This document shows positions 40,391 through 53,588 of a stretch of DNA of 64,000 nt, piece by piece. This stretch comes from Octopus sinensis (taxonomy: Eukaryota): assembly GCF_006345805.1 (NCBI RefSeq), contig NC_043007.1, positions 1,736,001 through 1,800,000 on the forward strand, read 5' to 3'. Under the pieces are notes generated by a model. It was not told where the DNA came from. It searched no databases and worked only from the letters and a program-made list of their open reading frames with translations. Position numbers and translations under genes: made by a program. Every line of letters begins with the position of its first letter. Position 1 is the stretch's first letter.

Positions 40391-41465
40391 TGATAGATGA
40401 AGACTGTCCTGGTACCTATTACACAGCATCCAGCAACATCTAATGCCTCTGTTTTTAACAGATACAGGTATTGGATTGACAGAAGTGTCAAAGTGATTCC
40501 TTCTTACTCGTAAACCTTCCCTAAAGGATTTCTGGATTTATTTTCTTTCTGCAAAATATTTAGCACTGGTTTTCTTCAACAAGTTCTTTTACTAAACTGG
40601 AATATTAAACAAAAGGAGAAAAATAACATTTCTGATTTTTAAAAGAAACAAAAATATGTTTGCATTCAAAAAGAAAAATCTTTTTTTCTTTTACTAATCT
40701 TGATTTTCATAAATTTTATTTTGCACTACAAGCTAATTTGTTGTTTTGAAACTTTTTTTTTTCTGATTCGTGATGCACTTTTGTACATCATCTGTGTCTC
40801 AGCTTCCGTATGAGCTGTCTTGAAGAGATGTCTTGGTTTTGTCTTAGATTAACACTTGTTTGATTCATTGGAGACCAACCCACGCAAAACCATTCACACC
40901 AAAGTGTTTATATTTAAACTGAAATATATATACACACACAAACACACATGTATGTCTGTGTATGGATGTGTGTAGGTACATGTCCATACAAATATTTTGT
41001 ATGTATATTACTGCATGGTTATGAGATTTACTTTACAGCCATGTGGCTTTGAGTAGAGTCTAATAGCAGTGAACCTTGGGCAAGTGTCTTCTTTTATAGC
41101 CCTAGGCCATCTTGTACTTTGTGAGGGAATTTGGTAAAAACTGAAAAAGAAGCTGGTAGTGTATGTGTTTGTGTTTGTTTCTCTACACATTGCAGACTAA
41201 CGGTGAACAAATTTTATTATACAGATACCATTCAGTAGGTGTTGTTTTTTTGCAATCTACCATGGAAAGAGGTGAGTGTTGATGACAGGAAGAGCATCTG
41301 GCTATGAGAAATGTACCCAGCCTATTAAGCAATGGTTATGATGATATCTGCATTTGCACGAGAGAGGGTGAGGCTCTCAAATGAAAGCATTTTAGGTGAA
41401 TTAATTCTGCAGAAACATGCCTCAATCATAAAGTGCTATACATTATATATATATATATATATATA

Positions 41466-42350
41466 GGTGCAGGAGTGGCTGTGTGGTAATAGCTTGCTTA
41501 CCAGTCACATGGTTTTGGGTTCAATCCCACTGCGTGGCATCTTAGGCAAGTGTCTTCTATTACAGCCTTGGATCAATCAAAACCTTGTAAGTGGATTTGG
41601 TAGACAGAAACTGAAGAAGCCCATCATATATATATATATGTGTGTGTACCAAGAAAAAAGCAACAAGAATGGATCGGTAGTTTAGTACAATTGTTTCATA
41701 CTATAAACATTTTATTTCAAGCTGCAAATATTACAGCAAATATAATGTCAAGTATTCATCAGCTAAATCACATATAGGTTTTCCAAATATTCTTAGAGAG
41801 TGTAAATATCCTTATGAAGTTATAGGAGTGAGTTCCATGAATTTGAAGTAAGATTCCAAGCAGACTATATATGTTTTCCAACAATACAAAGTTTTTAAAT
41901 TAATTATTGACATCCCAGAGAAGATAAATCTACTCATAAAGATGTGGATATAAGTTCCAAGAGACATGAGGAAAGATGCTGGTCATACCACGGTTAAGTT
42001 CACATCTGCTTTTTTCTTGGTTATAATCACACCACATAATTTTATGGTTAATACCATAAAGATTTCTGGTGCATCTAAGTTAAGTACCATATTCATTTGA
42101 ATTCATTTGAATCTTAATTGTTTTGCTATTTATATATATATATATGTATGTATGTATGTCTGTCTGTCTGTCCCCTACACCATTGCTTGACAACTGATGT
42201 TGGTGTGTTTACATCCCTGTAACTTAGTGGTTCGGTAAAAGAGACAGATGGAAAAAGACAATGCTTACAAAGAATAAGTCCTGGGATCAATTTGTTTCAC
42301 TTAAGGTGGTGCTCCAGCCTGGTCACAGACAGATGACTAAAACAAATAAA
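41466..42350 (+). mobile_element. SINE family A interrupted in its TA tract by a ~480-bp insert
   Basis: 5' half 41466-41646, 3' half resumes at ~42131. Confidence 0.88.
41681..41767 (-). ncRNA. Type I hammerhead ribozyme with complete core and long stem II
   Basis: UUUAG-CUGAUGA-AUACU..48 nt..AGUAU-GAAA-CAAUUG-UA^CUAAA; stems I, II and III all pair; ACAAUUGU palindrome. Confidence 0.85.
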
Positions 42351-42379
42351 ACCTATATATGTATATATCTATATATATA

Positions 42380-42790
42380 GGCGTAGGAGTGGCTGTGTGG
42401 TAAGTAGCTTGCTAACCAACCACATGGTTCCGGGTTCAGTCCCACTGCGTGGCATCTTGGGCAAGTGTCTTCTGCTATAGCCCCGGGCCGACCAATGCCT
42501 TGTGAGTGGATTTGGTAGACGGAAACTGAAAGAAGCCCGTCGTATATATGTATATATGTATGTGTGTGTGTGTTTGCATGTCTGTGTTTGTCCCCCTAGC
42601 ATTGCTTGACAACCGATGCTGGTGTGTTTACGTCCCCGTCACTTAGCGGTTCGGCAAAAAGAGACCGATAGAATAAGTACTGGGCTTACAAAAAAGAATA
42701 AGTCCCGGGGTCGAGTTGCTCGACTAAAGGCGGTGCTCCAGCATGGCCGCAGTCAAATGACTGAAACAAGTAAAAGAGTAAAAGAGGAAA
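42380..42790 (+). mobile_element. SINE family A, near-intact young copy
   Basis: Complete head, CORE-like region and tail; CpGs retained. Confidence 0.93.
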
Positions 42791-43129
42791 AGAGAATATA
42801 TATAAGAGAAATAATGCCATATTTTTTTTGTCCATGTGATGTTTCCAATATGTTCCATTTTTATTATTGTACTGTAGTCAACCATTATTATTTGCATCAT
42901 CCGTTTCTCAGCTTCTTGACTCACTTCATAATTCTAACGACAAAATCCCACCCCAATCACCATGACCACCACCACATCATTTTCAAATTGCTATTCCTGT
43001 TCATGTTTGCCTCATATTACGTCTGCACAATAGATTGTTTACCTCTGTTGTGTTTTTTCTTTGTTTTTTTGTTTTTGCAACCTTGTTATATACTTGTCTT
43101 TATATCTATATATTCTACACAAATATATG

Positions 43130-43268
43130 TGTGTTTGTGTGTCTGTGTGCATGTATGTGGGTGTGTGTATGTATGTCATTGTTCAGTTTTATTTCAATGT
43201 ATGTATGTATTTTTGTAATGTATGTATTTATTTATTTATGTATGTATGTATGTATGTATGTATCTATC

Positions 43269-43300
<32 letters not shown>

Positions 43301-43520
43301 GAGAGAGATGTATGTATGTGGGTGTGTGTATTTATTTATGTATGTATTTATTTATTTATGTATGTATGTATGTATGTATTTATGTATGTATTTATGTATG
43401 TATATATTTATGTATGTATGCATGTTTGTATGTATGTATGTGTGTGTGTATGTATGTATGTATGTGTGTGTGTATGTATGTATGTATGTATGTATGTGGG
43501 TGTATGTGTATTCATGTGCA
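43130..43520. repeat. (TATG)n-type microsatellite
   Basis: Direct reading. Confidence 0.93.
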
Positions 43521-43724
43521 CACACATTCATTGTGTTGAGTTTTCTTCCAGATATTAATATTTATATGTATATAAATTCATCAATGGCTTTGTTCGTGTT
43601 TCTATATTGGTAAATATTTATAGATCTGTAACATTTTTTTTATTCACCTAACAGAACTTTAATTTAATTTTTCCCTTCTTTTATTGCTCTTTCTGTGCAT
43701 ATATATACATATATACATACATAG

Positions 43725-43784
<60 letters not shown>

Positions 43785-45429
43785 GACAGCTGCTCATTTA
43801 CTGTGGAAATTTCCCATGATACATTGTTTAAATTTAAATTTAAAAACTCATTTTGAAACCATTTTTTTTCTTCTTGTAAGATTGTCATTCATCAATGTTT
43901 CTTAACAGAATACAGAATTTAATGATTTCTCATTTCCCATTAACTTCCATTGCTGTTGTATATTGGAAGTTTTCTTTACCAAAACTTCTGCATTCATCTG
44001 TATGTAATTTCAACAAAGAATTAGCTTTATTGCTAAACAGTGCAATTATGGTTAATCTGTGTAAGAATTTTGGTAAAAAAATAAGAATCTATCTTTATGG
44101 AATACAGTATGTAGTAATTTTGTGAGCTCACTTGCAGTCTCAAACTGTCTCAAAGACTTTCTCTCAAACTCATTATTTGATACCATTCCTCAATTATGGC
44201 ATGGCTGTGCCCACTCTTACATCAGTGGTGCGACTGATTTGATGGTTTGGGTTTGGCAGCCTTCGAAGGCAAGGCAAACTAGAAAGGGGACAGCTCTGAG
44301 CATAAATCTTCAGTCTGTGACTGACTGTGAAGAGGCGAAGGGCTAGAGAGTCAACCCTAACTGCAAAGTAGGCTCCAAAGAGATCCTTGGGTTTACTAGC
44401 CCTTACTCTCTTTGCGGATAGCATGAAGACACAATGACTGGGTTGTGAGTGAGGCCTCCAACCCCAACCATAAAGATGACAATATTTATTAATTAAATTT
44501 ATTAATTAAACTCTTTTGAAAATTTATTCATTCATTGCTTTCATCAATAATTAAATCAAAACTCTATTCAGAAGTGATTTTGTCTTTAGTAAGAGAAGCT
44601 GAATTTGTATTGCTCTTGGCTAAGTGGTAGCACCTTCTTGGTAGCAACTCCCTGGGGACATCTTAAGCTCACAGAAGATAGCAAATATTAAGAGGGCTTT
44701 TGGTGGTGGTGCCAGTTGTTAAATGGGTTGGGATTTGTCTTAGAAATAAATCATTTTAGAACTGGTATATTACTTATATTTTAAATGCATTTTAAATATA
44801 AAAAAAAAATTTAATAGAACTTTTTTTTTTGTCAAAATTAAAATATAAATTTGCCATTGTCTTATCAGAAGGAACATTCTTTTATCTAAACAGGAACATG
44901 TCTGATGATGTACCAAGGTCTGATATAATTTCATCATAAGCAGTACGAGTGTGTGTGTTTGTGTGTGTAGTTGAGAGATTTACTTCTCAGTCACATGGGT
45001 TTGGATTTTGTCCCACTGTGAAGGCTATATCAGGCTAACCAAATCCCCAAACAAAAAAAGGCTTGTCATATGTATATATAGGTGTACATTTATATGTATG
45101 TCTGTGTATATATGTATGTATATTCTCTGTGAATGGTTCCATTCTGCAGTTTGCATGAAAAGGCACTGAACTACAAGTCCAGATGTTAATTGTCAGTTCG
45201 TTCTCAATTAATTGTCCCCTGGTTTCATACTTTCGAAGATGATTATGGAGCAAAAGATCCCTTAGTTCATAAACCAGGTAGGTTTTTTTGTGAGTAAAAG
45301 GACATCTGGCTGTAAAATATGCCTCAATATATGAACACTTCTGACTCATACTACTATAGAAAAACAAATGTAAAAACGAATGAATGACCATTTTTGCTTC
45401 TTCAGTAATTTCCTTATAAGGCAATATAG

Positions 45430-45740
45430 GCGGTACTTGTCACCCTTTTCAAGTCTAGTCAGGCTCATGGGCCCAGTTTCCCGGTTTCTGTGGCATGTGT
45501 GTTTCCCCCAGCTGGACGGGACACCAGTCCATCGCAGTGTTACTCAAGAAACAGGAAGAGAGAGTGAGAGGAAGTTGGGGCGAAAGAGTACAACAGAGGT
45601 CGCCACCACCTCCTGCCGGAGCCTTGTAGAGCTTTTTAGGTGTTTTCGCTCAATAAACACAAACAACGCCTGGTCTGGGAATCAAAACCACGATCCTCCG
45701 ACCACGAGTCTGCTGCCCTAACCACTGGGCCATTGCGCCT
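45430..45740 (-). mobile_element. SINE family C (tRNA head, V-domain-like)
   Basis: Minus strand aggcgcaatggcccagtggttagg...ctgcgatggactggtgtcccgtccag. Confidence 0.85.
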
Positions 45741-46446
45741 ATAGGGGGTATTAGTCCATGTGAATACCTAGTAATAAGATCCTGTCTGATGGTTTTTATT
45801 TTATTTTCCTCTCTCTCTTGGTTTATTTTACAAAACATTTGTAGGGGAACGTTTATAAAGCTCAATTCCGCGAAAAGAGACAGAGCGACAAAAAGCTACA
45901 AAAACCACTTTATTAAAGAGATGATTGTCCTTATAAAATGCATCCCAACATCATCATCTTGCCTCGTTTGCTTCTTTCACAAAGATTTTAATAAATCATT
46001 TGGAGATTGACTTAAACTGTTTATTATTCCTTTACTGCCCACAGGGGGCTACACACAGAGGGGACAAACAAAGACAGACAAATGCTTTATACTGTTTATA
46101 TCTCACTCAAACCTGTCCACATTCCGTCTTTTAGAAGAAAGCTAAACTTTTGGTATGCATCCGGATATTTATTAATCAGAGGCTTTTCATTGAGGTTATT
46201 TTGTTAAATCGCTTAGATTTTGATTTCTCAGATTCCGCTTACCATTTTATTATTATTATTTTTTTTTTGGTCTCTGTCAGATAACTAAAATATTTCATAT
46301 TTTATGCTGGGAAAGTTATGTAAATTCAGATAGCTCGAAGTGTTGTGTGTGAAGTCTCAATTCTGCTCAAGAAAAACACAAAATCATTGTTATTACCATT
46401 TGTATCTGTTTGTGCGTGTGTGTGTGTGTGTGTCTGCGTGTGCATG

Positions 46447-46477
<31 letters not shown>

Positions 46478-47094
46478 ACACGTGTGTGTTTATATATTAT
46501 ATATATATGTGTGTGCATGTGTATATTTCAGTAAGCTTTGAATTCTTCATCATATTTCATTGAATATGGGGAGATTTGCATTCTGAGAAACGGATCATTT
46601 TCAATCATTGATATCCAGAAATGTTTTGTATCGGAAATTACATTATGTATGCATAATATATTCTCAGACTTGGTTGTGTTTGTGTGGTTAATAAATTTGC
46701 TTGGTAACCCCATGATCATGTGTTCAGTGCTACTGGGCAGCACCTTGAGCAAACACCCTCTGCATTGCTCCAGGCTGACCAGTGTCCTGACAATGAAGTT
46801 GGTGGACGGAAAATGCATGAAAGTTAATTGTCTGTGCATTTTCGTGTTTGTCCCCCTCAAAACTGAACAATCAGTTTTGGTTCGTTTACATACACACAGG
46901 CATACATACATTTGACCCTTACACTAAAAATACAAACAAGGCTGACCCAAGCAATTGGGTTTATCTTTTGGTATCTTGTGTCGCTAAAGTGTAGAAAGTA
47001 TCTTTTTTTTTTTTAAGGAGCATTTTTATGTAAATTTATTTTTAAACTTCAAGGAGACCACCTTCATGAAATATCGCAGTATATGATGTGGCCT

Positions 47095-47215
47095 TCTTGA
47101 GCATGGGGCTCCCTTGAGTGCGAGTCTCCCTTGAGTGCAGGGATCCCTTGAGCACAGGGCCCCTTTCAGTGCGGGGCTCCCTTGAGCGCAGGGCCCCATT
47201 GAGCGTGGGGCCTGA
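47095..47215. repeat. ~17-bp tandem repeat (about 7 units), probably inside a degraded hAT-like element (~46938-47254)
   Basis: Unit approximately cttgagcgcggggctcc. Confidence 0.75.
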
Positions 47216-47429
47216 TTGGGAGCATTTGGTCCAATTGGCTTCAGGTTGGCCCTCGTGTGAGGTGTATGGGTGGGTGTTTTGTCATCATTCTAGAATCCAC
47301 AAGGATCTTCTGACTCAAATGTGTCTCTTAACGAAGCCAGGCTTTAATTTCGAGATTTACACTGTTATTTTCCATGTTTCATCTGATGAATTCATAAAGA
47401 GGTTTTATAAAATTCTTCTGCATCATTTC

Positions 47430-47515
47430 TTTCATTCTTTCCTTCTTTCTAACTTTCTTTCTTTCCTTTGTTCTTTCTTTCTTTTGTTCCTTTGTTCTTT
47501 CCTTCTTTCTTTCTT

Positions 47516-47548
<33 letters not shown>

Positions 47549-47630
47549 TTTCTTCATCTTGTCATCAGCAGCAACAACAGCAGCAGTGGTTGTCGTAGTT
47601 GTAGTAGCAGTAGCAGTAGTAGTAGCAGTT

Positions 47631-47661
<31 letters not shown>

Positions 47662-47778
47662 CTGTAGAAGTAGCAGTAGTAGTAGTAGTAGCAGTAATAG
47701 TAGTAGTAGCAGTACTAGTAGTAAGTAGAAGTAGTAGTAGCAGTAGTAGCAGCACTAGTAGTAGCACCAGCAGTAGTA

Positions 47779-47810
<32 letters not shown>
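47430..47810. repeat. (CTTT)n followed by (GTA)n microsatellites
   Basis: Direct reading. Confidence 0.93.
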
Positions 47811-48089
47811 TTGGCTTTGCATTTATCTTTAAGTAGAAGCACTTTCTGTAGTTGCTCCTGTCTTGTAATCATTTCTTAGCATTTCTCTTTCCACACACTT
47901 GTATATTTTCTCTTCGTGGAACTATTTACCGTTCCTCTACGCAAACACAGAAATTCTTCCGAAACAGCATTTTCTTCTGTTTTTTTTTTCTTTCAACTTG
48001 CATAAATTTTCTATTTAGCTTTCGACAATTATATTCCAGTTTCTGAAGGTGTGTGTGTGTGTGTGTGTAACATGTATATTGTATTATAT

Positions 48090-48211
48090 TTTATCATCAT
48101 CACCATCATTATTAATAATAATAATAATAATAATAATAAAAATAATAATAATAACAATAATAATAACAAAAATAATAACACTAATAATAATAATAATAAT
48201 AATAACAACAA

Positions 48212-48246
<35 letters not shown>

Positions 48247-48376
48247 ATAATAATAATAATAATAACAACAATAATAATAATAATAACACCACCACCAACA
48301 ACAACAATAATGATACTAATAATAATAACAACAACAATAATAATACTAATAATAATAACACCACCAACAACAACAA

Positions 48377-48417
<41 letters not shown>

Positions 48418-48520
48418 ATAATAATAATAATGATAATGATAATAATAACAACAACAACAATAACAATGCTAATAATAATAATAACAACAACAATAATGAT
48501 AATAATAATGATATCAATAA
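48090..48520. repeat. (AAT/ACT/AAC)n microsatellite
   Basis: Direct reading. Confidence 0.95.
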
Positions 48521-48904
48521 TCTAGGTGTTAATGTTTGTTGGGGAAGAAAAAAAAAAATGCAAAAAGCAATTGGTAACATTCTTTTAATTCGTCTTTCTT
48601 CGCTGTGCAAAGAGACATTAAAATACCAAATGTGTCTGTGAGGCATCGGCAGTTATCTCACCTGCAGAGATTCTTTGACTTTTGTCTTTCGTTGCAAGAA
48701 TTATTGGTCCAGCTTCGTTTAATTATTAACCAGCCGCAACACATATTATGTTTCTGAATAGGTTTGCTTTTAATCTCAGCCAGATGTTATTGGAAATATT
48801 GAAATGCATCAAACGGTCTCACTCCATCAGTTGGAGCCGTTTATCTTTTACTTGTTTCAGTCATTAGGCTGTGGCCATGCTGAGGCACCGCCTTGAGGAA
48901 GGTT

Positions 48905-49216
48905 TCTTTCTCAAGTGGACAAGATATCTCAGGAACCGTGGGATGGATTCAGATGAAACTTTCAGGGATGCTTGGCCTCGGGATTAGCACAAACTGATTA
49001 GATTTTTGGATTGATCCGATCCCAGACAAGGATTCTGGATTATTTCTCTTGTCCTTTTACTTAATTTTTGAGAGCGATTGGGTTCATTTTTAGCATTCTC
49101 GTTTATGAGAGCAATCGAGTTCATTTAAAATATTCTCATTTCAAAAATCATCCCCAGCTAATCATTGTGAGGACATTGGTGTTACCTTGGCGGAGGTTTG
49201 CACTCTCTGAGTGCTC

Positions 49217-49218
<2 letters not shown>
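48905..49218 (+). mobile_element. Helentron-associated (HINE/DINE-like) element nested in a SINE A 3' half
   Basis: gatggattcagatgaaacttt internal motif; 3' ccttggcggagg followed by gcactc-tct-gagtgc hairpin. Confidence 0.7.
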
Positions 49219-49256
<38 letters not shown>

Positions 49257-49825
49257 ATCATTCATTTTTTTTTTGATGCCTGGTATCTATTCTGTTGGTC
49301 CCTTTTGCTGAACCACTTATTTACAAGGACATAAACAAACCAGCACCAGTTGCCAAGCAGTGTCGAGAGGGGGGAAACACAAAGGCTCCACACACCACTT
49401 GGTCATGTAATTTCACACTTGCTTATAAAACAGTGTGACTTGCTTAAGTACACAGTGTGCCACCTGGTCCAGGAATTGAACCCAAAGTGTCTTGATCATG
49501 ACCTGAACACCTTAACCCCTAAGTCATGCTTTTCCTCATTCATGTAACAAAACAATGTGCATTAATGAAGGACACACTGTGCTGCCTAGACAAGGAATTG
49601 AACCCAGGGTGTATTGATGATGAACTTAACATCCTAACCACTAAGCTATGCTTTTTCACATTCTCAAATATGAAACAATGTCCCTTTCTGAAGGAGATAA
49701 CATACTGCCCAGCCTAGGAATTGAACCCACAACCTTAAAGTCATGTGAAACACACTAACCATGGGTTTGCACTGAGAAAGTTACCCTCTGAGGCACGAAC
49801 CTGAGAAGGTTGTTGTTATGGAAGA

Positions 49826-49974
49826 TTCCGCCGAGGTCGACTTTGCCTTTCATCCTTTCGGGGTCAATAAATTAAGTACCAGTTATGCACTGGGGTCGAT
49901 CTAATTGGCTTAATCCATTTGTCTGTCCTTATTTGTCCTCTCTGTGTTTAGCCCCTAGTGGGCAGTAAAGAAAT
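49826..49974 (+). mobile_element. 5'-truncated SINE B with 19-bp TSD
   Basis: aggttgttg(t/c)tatggaaga at 49807-49825 and 49975-49993. Confidence 0.9.
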
Positions 49975-50891
49975 AGGTTGTTGCTATGGAAGACCAGCGG
50001 TTGTCAGTGCATACCAGGCTACCCTCTCCATGCCAAGGGAAAGGCAAAGGGGCTGATATGGCTTGGCACCAGTGATGTCACTGTTCATTTCTACAGCTGA
50101 GTGAAGTGGGGACACGTAATAAAGTGTCTCGCTCAAGAAAACAACTCACAGCCTGGTCCAGGAACTGAACTCACTACCTCTTGATTCTGAGCTTGATGCT
50201 GTAACCACTGAGCCACACGCCTTCACTAACCACTAAAACTTGTGCTGTCACACACACACACACACACACAGAAGTCTTAGTATTTCCTGCTTAATTTGGT
50301 TTATTACGACTGACAACAAACCCATGGACTATTTTACAGAAGTATCTTCCTCAACCATGTTTCATTACAGTACAGCTTTTTCATTTCGTCTTTAATACAA
50401 ATGTACCTTCTCAAGAAAACATCTCTCACTTCATGATTACATAACATTAGCTCAGTGTGTTTTTTTCATTAAATCCAATCATTGCTGCGACTTAATGCAT
50501 ATGCCAAAGTAGAATTTCTATCCAAAAGATTCAATGAAACATTTATTAAATCTATAAGCTTCTTGGTCCATTGAATCTGAAAGTCTCTTGTTCCAGAAGG
50601 CTGCACTTTTGCGTAAACAACTGCATCTCAGATCGAATATTTTTTTATGGACCTTGCTTAAAATTAACATTGGCGATGGATGAGTTTAACAAGGAAATCA
50701 ACAAATGCTTGAGAAACATCGATTGTGTGTGTGTGTGTTTGTGAATGTGTGTGTGTATTTCTTTATATGTGTATGACGTCTACCATTAGTTTCATGTTAA
50801 GAAAAATATCCAATTGTCGACTTAATATACAAATAAAGAAATTTTATCCACCAATGTGGGGTTGAACACTCAGTCAGTGTCATTGATCAAC

Positions 50892-50924
<33 letters not shown>

Positions 50925-50929
<5 letters not shown>

Positions 50930-51246
50930 TTTTATTCATTTAAGTCATTTGACTGAGGCCATACTAGAGCACTGTCTTTGGTTGAGCAAATCAACCTCAG
51001 GACTTATTCTTTGTAAGCTTAATACTGATTCTGTCCGTCTCTTTTGCCGAATTGCTAAGTTATGGGGATGTAAGCACAACAGCATCAGTTGTCAAGTGAT
51101 GTTGTGGGTGGGTAAACACAGACACACAAACATATACATACATACATATATATATTGGTGCAGTCATCTGGTTCGCCAGTCCTCGGTCAAATTGTCCAAC
51201 CTATGCTAGCATGGAAAGCGGACATTAAACGATGATGATGATAATG

Positions 51247-51284
<38 letters not shown>

Positions 51285-51445
51285 GATGGGCTTCTTTCAG
51301 TTCCCATCTATGAAACCCACTCACAGGCTTTTGGTTGGCTCAAGACTCTAGTAAAAGACACTTGCTCAAGGTGCCAGTGGGACTGAACCCAGAACCATGT
51401 CGTTAGGAAACAAGCTTCTTACCACACAGTCACGCCTACGCCTAT
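50925..51445 (-). mobile_element. SINE family A with a nested plus-strand RTE-type tail (~51157-51245)
   Basis: Direct similarity to other copies. Confidence 0.8.
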
Positions 51446-51964
51446 ATATGTATAAAATGTCCATGAGAACCTGATATTTAATTAGCGAAAGCCTCATGGT
51501 TAGATTGGTTATTGCATTATCATGTACAAATAAGATTTAAGGGCAAGTACATACTTACTAAAGCAAACACGGATTTGCACTTCGGTTATGCATACATCGA
51601 CAAATGGCCGACTGAATGCACAGCAATTCATCAATGTCACGCATGGCTTCACTCACTGCACCTATTGCACTGCTGTCTATAGACGCTAGTTGCAAATAAA
51701 TTGCAGGTTCTTAGTTCGGTGAAGGATAAACAAATAGCATCAGGTGAATGGATATCCATCTATATCAATTTGATAAACAAACAAAAGAGCTATTGATAGT
51801 TTCAGGCTTTTATCATACTTTAACCGTGCATGTTTATAAAATACGCCATGCATATCTAAACAATCTGTCAGATCCTGTTTATGTTATATATATACACATA
51901 TATATTTTTTCTTAGATAAACACAGATGCTGGACAGTGATGAAATAAGGAAATATAAATATATA

Positions 51965-52009
<45 letters not shown>

Positions 52010-52023
52010 ATATATATATAATA

Positions 52024-52622
52024 GGTGCAGGAGTGACGGGTTCTGGGTTCAGTCTCATTGTATGGCACCTTTGGCAAGCATTTTCTACTATAGTCTTGGG
52101 CCGACCAAAGCTTTGTGCATGGATTTGGTAGATGGAAACTGAAAGAAGCCCATCATCTGCATGTGTATATATGTGTGTATGTGTGCATGTGTGTGTGTAT
52201 ATATATATATGTATGTGTGTGTATATATATATATATATATATTTTGTGTGTCTGTATTTGTGCCTCCATCATCGCTTGACAACCAATGGTGGTGTGTTTA
52301 CATCCCTGTAAATTAGCAGTTCGGAAAGGAGGCTGGTAGAATAAGAACAAGGCTTACAAAGAATAAGTTCTAGGGTCAATTTGTTTGACTAAAGGAATAA
52401 AGGTGGTGCTCCAGCATGGCCGCAGTCAAGACTGAAACAAATAAAGGAATAAAAGAATATATATATATGATGGGTTTGTTTCAGTTTCCGTCTACCAAAT
52501 CCATGCACAAGGTTTTGTTTGTCCCAAGGCTATAGTAGGTGACACCCAAGGTGTCACAGAGTGAGATTGAACATGGAACTATGTGGTTGAGAAGCAAGCT
52601 TCTTACCACACAGCTATGCCTG
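52024..52622. mobile_element. SINE A (+, 52024-52457) abutting an inverted SINE A 5' half (-, 52468-52622)
   Basis: Direct similarity to other copies. Confidence 0.82.
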
Positions 52623-52650
52623 TCTATCTATCTATCTATCTATCTGTCTG

Positions 52651-52719
<69 letters not shown>

Positions 52720-53197
52720 ATATAGATAGACGGATAGTTATACACTCTCACACATGCATATACAGTGTGGTTTAATACTCTTAATTGAGAAATATGATAA
52801 TATATCCTTGCATTGAAGAATTCTCTTTCTGTTTGTGGATATGAATATTTATAGGTAATGAAATGTTCAATTTATGCAAGGTTTATTATCTGTAGCTTAT
52901 GAGGCAAAAATAACCCACAACTTTGTTGATTTTGTATGATTTTCGTTTTTTTGTTAATTGTAATTATTTGTTGTCAAACTTTGTTAAATTTTGTTCATGA
53001 TTATGTGTGTGTGTGTGTGTAATAGCTGTATATTGTTTATGTATACGGCATAAATAAATTTTGGAAGTGTTTTGCATTGTTGGTATGTATTTGTTGAAAT
53101 AGATATTAAACTTAGAACTCTATCAGATTACATTTTATTGTGTGTGTGTGTGTGTGTGCGTGTGTATATTTGTATATATATATATATATATATATAT

Positions 53198-53588
53198 GAG
53201 GTGCAATGGCCAAGTGGTTAGGGCAGTGGGCTCGCAGTCGTATGATCACGGTTTCGATTCCCAGACTGGTCATTGTGAGTGTTTATTGAGCGAAAACACC
53301 AAAAGCTCTACTAGGCCTGGTGGGGGATGGGGTGAGGGTGATGATCCCTGCTGTACTCTTTCACCACAACTTTCTCTCACTCTTTCTTCCTGTTTCTCTT
53401 GTACTGTATTTCAAAGGGGCCAACCTTATCACACTCTGTGTCACGCTGAATCTCCCCCCCCCGAGAACTACATTAAGGGTATGTGTGTCTGTGGAATGCT
53501 CAGCCGCTTGCACGTTAATTTCATGAGCAGGCTGTTCCGTTGATCTGATCAACTGGAACCCTCGTTGTCGTTATCGACGGAGTGCCAT
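53198..53588 (+). mobile_element. SINE family C head with an alternative 3' module
   Basis: gaggtgcaatggccaagtggttagg...ggtttcgattcc; diverges from 60383-60690 after ctttctctcactcttt. Confidence 0.8.
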
